Assembly: GCF_027921745.1 (NCBI RefSeq)
Contig: NC_079240.1
Location: 2,046,001-2,110,000 of the forward strand
Reading direction: 5' to 3'
Source of the DNA: Schizosaccharomyces osmophilus
Lineage: Eukaryota
DNA length: 64,000 nt
Shown here: in pieces, positions 63,490 through 64,000 of the stretch
How positions within the stretch are numbered: the stretch's first letter is position 1
Layout of the letters: each line of letters opens with the position of its first letter
Program-made: the position numbers and the translations under genes
Notes under the pieces: generated by a model
What the model was told of the DNA's origin: nothing
What the model saw: only the letters and a program-made list of their open reading frames with translations
The model's database searches: none

Positions 63490-64000
63490 AACACACAGAT
63501 GTAAGAGATTTCACGTGAGCATGATTGAATTATAGAAACTAATTGTTCTTGAATAGATTTCTTGCAAACTTATTGTGGACTACGACCGTATATGACTTTG
63601 GCTCGATAATATCCAAAACCCAATATACTTCTAACGTCAATATCAAATCTTGTCTTCCTCCTCGTGGGCGAAGAAAACAATTGTCATTTAAAATAGCCTT
63701 CGTTCAAATCTTATATCCATTTTGCCATACTCTATCGCGCTGCTAGGACCCGCTTCTTTGCTAAGTGCATTCACGCACATCTGAGTTCACTTTATTTGAA
63801 ATAAACAGTTATCACTATATACCATTGAACTTGATGCCTTTTGAATTCACGGAAATGTACGGAAATGTATTCTTTGACCCAATATAGCAACTATTGATGA
63901 TGAAACACAATTTGTACAGCTAATACCGCACGCCTGTTTCGATTAAAGTTGTACTAGAATTAAGATATGATTGCAATGTACATATTTCCTAAACTTGCCA

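Overview
Eukaryotic, intron-containing, AT-rich DNA from a fission yeast (Schizosaccharomyces). It is probably a non-pombe species such as S. octosporus, S. cryophilus or S. osmophilus, but the species cannot be fixed from the sequence alone. The window holds about 27 protein-coding genes matching, from recalled gene names, the right arm of S. pombe chromosome III: PDI-like gene, Shewanella-like phosphatase, atp5, pgm2, pca1, sal3, bgs4, mog1, rbd2, pep3, brl1, bdp1, bmt5, an M28 peptidase, mug137, myo52, tif6, an orphan, mrpl33, grc3, epl1, cnb1 (missed by the ORF track), psi1, yop1, pop5, ham1 and an orphan membrane protein. No tRNA, 5S rRNA, LTR or wtf gene was recognised. The most notable signals are non-coding. 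(1) A ~250-nt, extensively base-paired, + strand multibranch RNA-like element lies between sal3 and bgs4 (13394-13645) and matches no RNA I recognise. (2) An apparent non-coding, spliced, HomolD-driven host transcript lies between yop1 and pop5 (minus strand); its introns carry a clear snR63/SNORD46-like C/D snoRNA, a second C/D snoRNA candidate with 18S complementarity, and a third structured element. (3) Long introns are repeatedly closed by end-to-end stems.
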